From an uncultured Pelagibacteraceae bacterium (GTDB lineage: Bacteria > Pseudomonadota > Alphaproteobacteria > Pelagibacterales > AG-422-B15): a DNA stretch of 64,000 nt. The translations under genes were made by a program, and so were the position numbers. The notes below the pieces were generated by a model that was given only the letters and a program-made list of their open reading frames with translations, did no database searches and was not told the DNA's origin. Below are positions 62,331 to 64,000 of this stretch, one piece after another; the first letter of the stretch is position 1, and every line of letters starts with the position of its first letter. The stretch is taken from contig CACCKE010000003.1 of assembly GCA_902546615.1 (NCBI GenBank), forward strand, positions 17,837 through 81,836, read 5' to 3'.

Positions 62331-64000
62331 TTAAAATTCCGCAACTTCCATATCCATCATTGATGACTTGCCAGCTTGTACTTTTTTTGAGTACATAGTT
62401 AACTCTGGCATAATCTTTTCAACAAAATAGGTTCCAGTTTTTATTTTATTTTTATGTATAGGTTCATTTTTTCCAACTGAGAACTTTGCCATGCGCGCCC
62501 ACATATATGTCATTGAAGATAGAGCTACTAAATTTAGGTAATCAGTAGCAGAAGCAAGAGCATTTTCGGGATCCTGCATGCCGTTTTGCATCAACCACAT
62601 TGTTGAAGCAGTTACTTCATTGAGAGCATTCTCGAGAGGCTTAATAAATGATGAAATTTCGTCATTATCTTTATTTTCAGATAGAAATTTTTGAACCTCT
62701 TTTTGGAAATTTTGCAGCAACCGTCCCTGGTGCATTGTTAATTTTCTTCCAACTAGGTCTAACGCCTGAATGCCATTTGTACCTTCATATATCATCGTAA
62801 TTCTTACATCTCGCATGTACTGCTCGAGAGGATATTCTTTTGTAAAACCACTACCACCTAAGACCTGTAAAGATTCCGAACAATTTAAAAAACCTCTATC
62901 AGTGCAGTAAGCTTTAATTATTGGTGTCATTAACGCAGCAAAATCATCAGCTTCCTGTCTTACTTTTTCATCAGGATGATCTTCTGCAAGATCAATTTTC
63001 ATTGCTGTATAAATGCATAATGCACGCATTGCTTCAGTTGTTGCTTTTACATTCATTAACATTCTTCTTACGTCAGGATGAACGATTATATTGTCAGCTT
63101 TACTATCTTTGTCTTGCTTATCCTTGACAACAGACCTCATTTGTTTTCTTTCTTTTGCAAATTCTAAGGCGTTTTGGTATGAGATCTCAGACATTGCTAT
63201 ACCTTGCAGTCCAACTTTTAAACGTGCATCATTCATCATCAGAAACATTGCTTCCATTCCTTTATTTTTTTCTCCAACAAGCCAACCTTTTGCGTTTTCA
63301 AGATTCATGACGCAGGTTGGTGATGAATTAATTCCAAGTTTATGTTCTAAACCGCCACAATAAATTGTGTTTCGAGAATTATCATCCAGTCGCTTTGGTA
63401 CAAGAAATAAACTTATTCCTTTAATACCCTCGGGTGCATCTGGTGTTCTTGCAAGCACAAGATGAATAATATTTTCTGTTAAGTCATGTTCACCAAATGA
63501 AATCCAAATTTTTTGGCCTGTTAATTCATAATGATCATCTTTAGGAACTGCAGTTGATTTTATTAAGCCAAGGTCAGTTCCGCATTGTGGTTCTGTCAGA
63601 CACATAGTGCCCATCCACTCACCTGAAGTCATGTTAGGTAGATATTTATCTTTAAGTTCCTCCGTAGCTTTTTTTAAGATAGTCTTCATCGCCCCGTGAC
63701 TTAATCCAGGGCCCATATAAAATGCCATATTAGCAGCTATACCAATCTCACCTGCAAGTATGGCAGTCGTAAACGGTGCTCCACCGCCACCATATTGAGT
63801 GGGCATAGTAGCACCAACATAGCCTGACGATTTTACTGCATCATACAATTTTTTAAATCTTTCAGGGGTATGAACTTCAGGACCTTCTGCTCCATCAGTT
63901 ACATATTTTAAGCCCTCTCTGTCACCAATTTTATTACTATCTAGTACTTCTTGCTCATTAAGGCGCCCTATTTCAGAAACAACGCTCATGAGTGTTTCGG
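62331..64000 (-). CDS. long-form acyl-CoA dehydrogenase with extra C-terminal domain (5' end probably beyond window)
   Basis: CLTEPQCGTDLG and YEGTNGIQALDLVGRK. The frame stays open upstream of the track ATG (63989) to the window edge. Its stop abuts the convergent ACAD stop. Confidence 0.85.
   Translation of the reverse strand, partial: ETLMSVVSEIGRLNEQEVLDSNKIGDREGLKYVTDGAEGPEVHTPERFKKLYDAVKSSGYVGATMPTQYGGGGAPFTTAILAGEIGIAANMAFYMGPGLSHGAMKTILKKATEELKDKYLPNMTSGEWMGTMCLTEPQCGTDLGLIKSTAVPKDDHYELTGQKIWISFGEHDLTENIIHLVLARTPDAPEGIKGISLFLVPKRLDDNSRNTIYCGGLEHKLGINSSPTCVMNLENAKGWLVGEKNKGMEAMFLMMNDARLKVGLQGIAMSEISYQNALEFAKERKQMRSVVKDKQDKDSKADNIIVHPDVRRMLMNVKATTEAMRALCIYTAMKIDLAEDHPDEKVRQEADDFAALMTPIIKAYCTDRGFLNCSESLQVLGGSGFTKEYPLEQYMRDVRITMIYEGTNGIQALDLVGRKLTMHQGRLLQNFQKEVQKFLSENKDNDEISSFIKPLENALNEVTASTMWLMQNGMQDPENALASATDYLNLVALSSMTYMWARMAKFSVGKNEPIHKNKIKTGTYFVEKIMPELTMYSKKVQAGKSSMMDMEVAEF

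Noticed and set aside
1-64000. tRNA, rRNA, riboswitch or other structured-RNA genes
   Set aside because: No intergenic region apart from 23940..24572 and 4462..4875 is long enough. Neither of those shows tRNA-like T-arm or anticodon-arm motifs or a recognisable riboswitch core.

Overview
AT-rich, very gene-dense bacterial chromosome segment with many ATGA/TAATG junctions and with convergent genes whose stops abut or overlap. No rRNA, tRNA, CRISPR array, transposase or integrase was recognised. Gene content (COG0523/Zur zinc locus, polyamine-type ABC importer with a codon-optimised binding protein, GSTs, beta-oxidation genes, a small glycoside cassette) suggests a streamlined marine low-GC alphaproteobacterium of SAR11-like lifestyle; this is inference only.

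Most of the window is ordinary metabolism (about 1-6.6 kb and 32.7-64 kb). Two accessory-looking blocks stand out.

(1) 6.6-21.9 kb is a type-I-secretion-like locus. It encodes a 2346-aa DUF4347/VCBS repeat protein and three HlyD-family adaptors. One adaptor is fused to a PqqD-like domain and a catalytically intact site-2 (M50) metalloprotease. A divergent TolC carries a long C-terminal cadherin-like/acidic/SPOR extension. No ABC exporter is in the operon. This is my best candidate for an undescribed system.

(2) 24.6-32.6 kb is an eight-gene operon of exported proteins. It includes an orthocaspase, a TPR-trypsin-like protease, a DUF4384-like protein, a TPR lipoprotein, an LPP20-like lipoprotein and a SHOCT-tailed protein. 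It lies next to a decayed 2-hydroxyacid dehydrogenase pseudogene.

Smaller items:
- a near-consensus Zur box;
- an in-frame amber codon in the COG0523 GTPase;
- a dipeptidase operon with two uncharacterised partners;
- several hairpins and inverted repeats.

All family assignments come from motif reading by eye and need profile searches to confirm.
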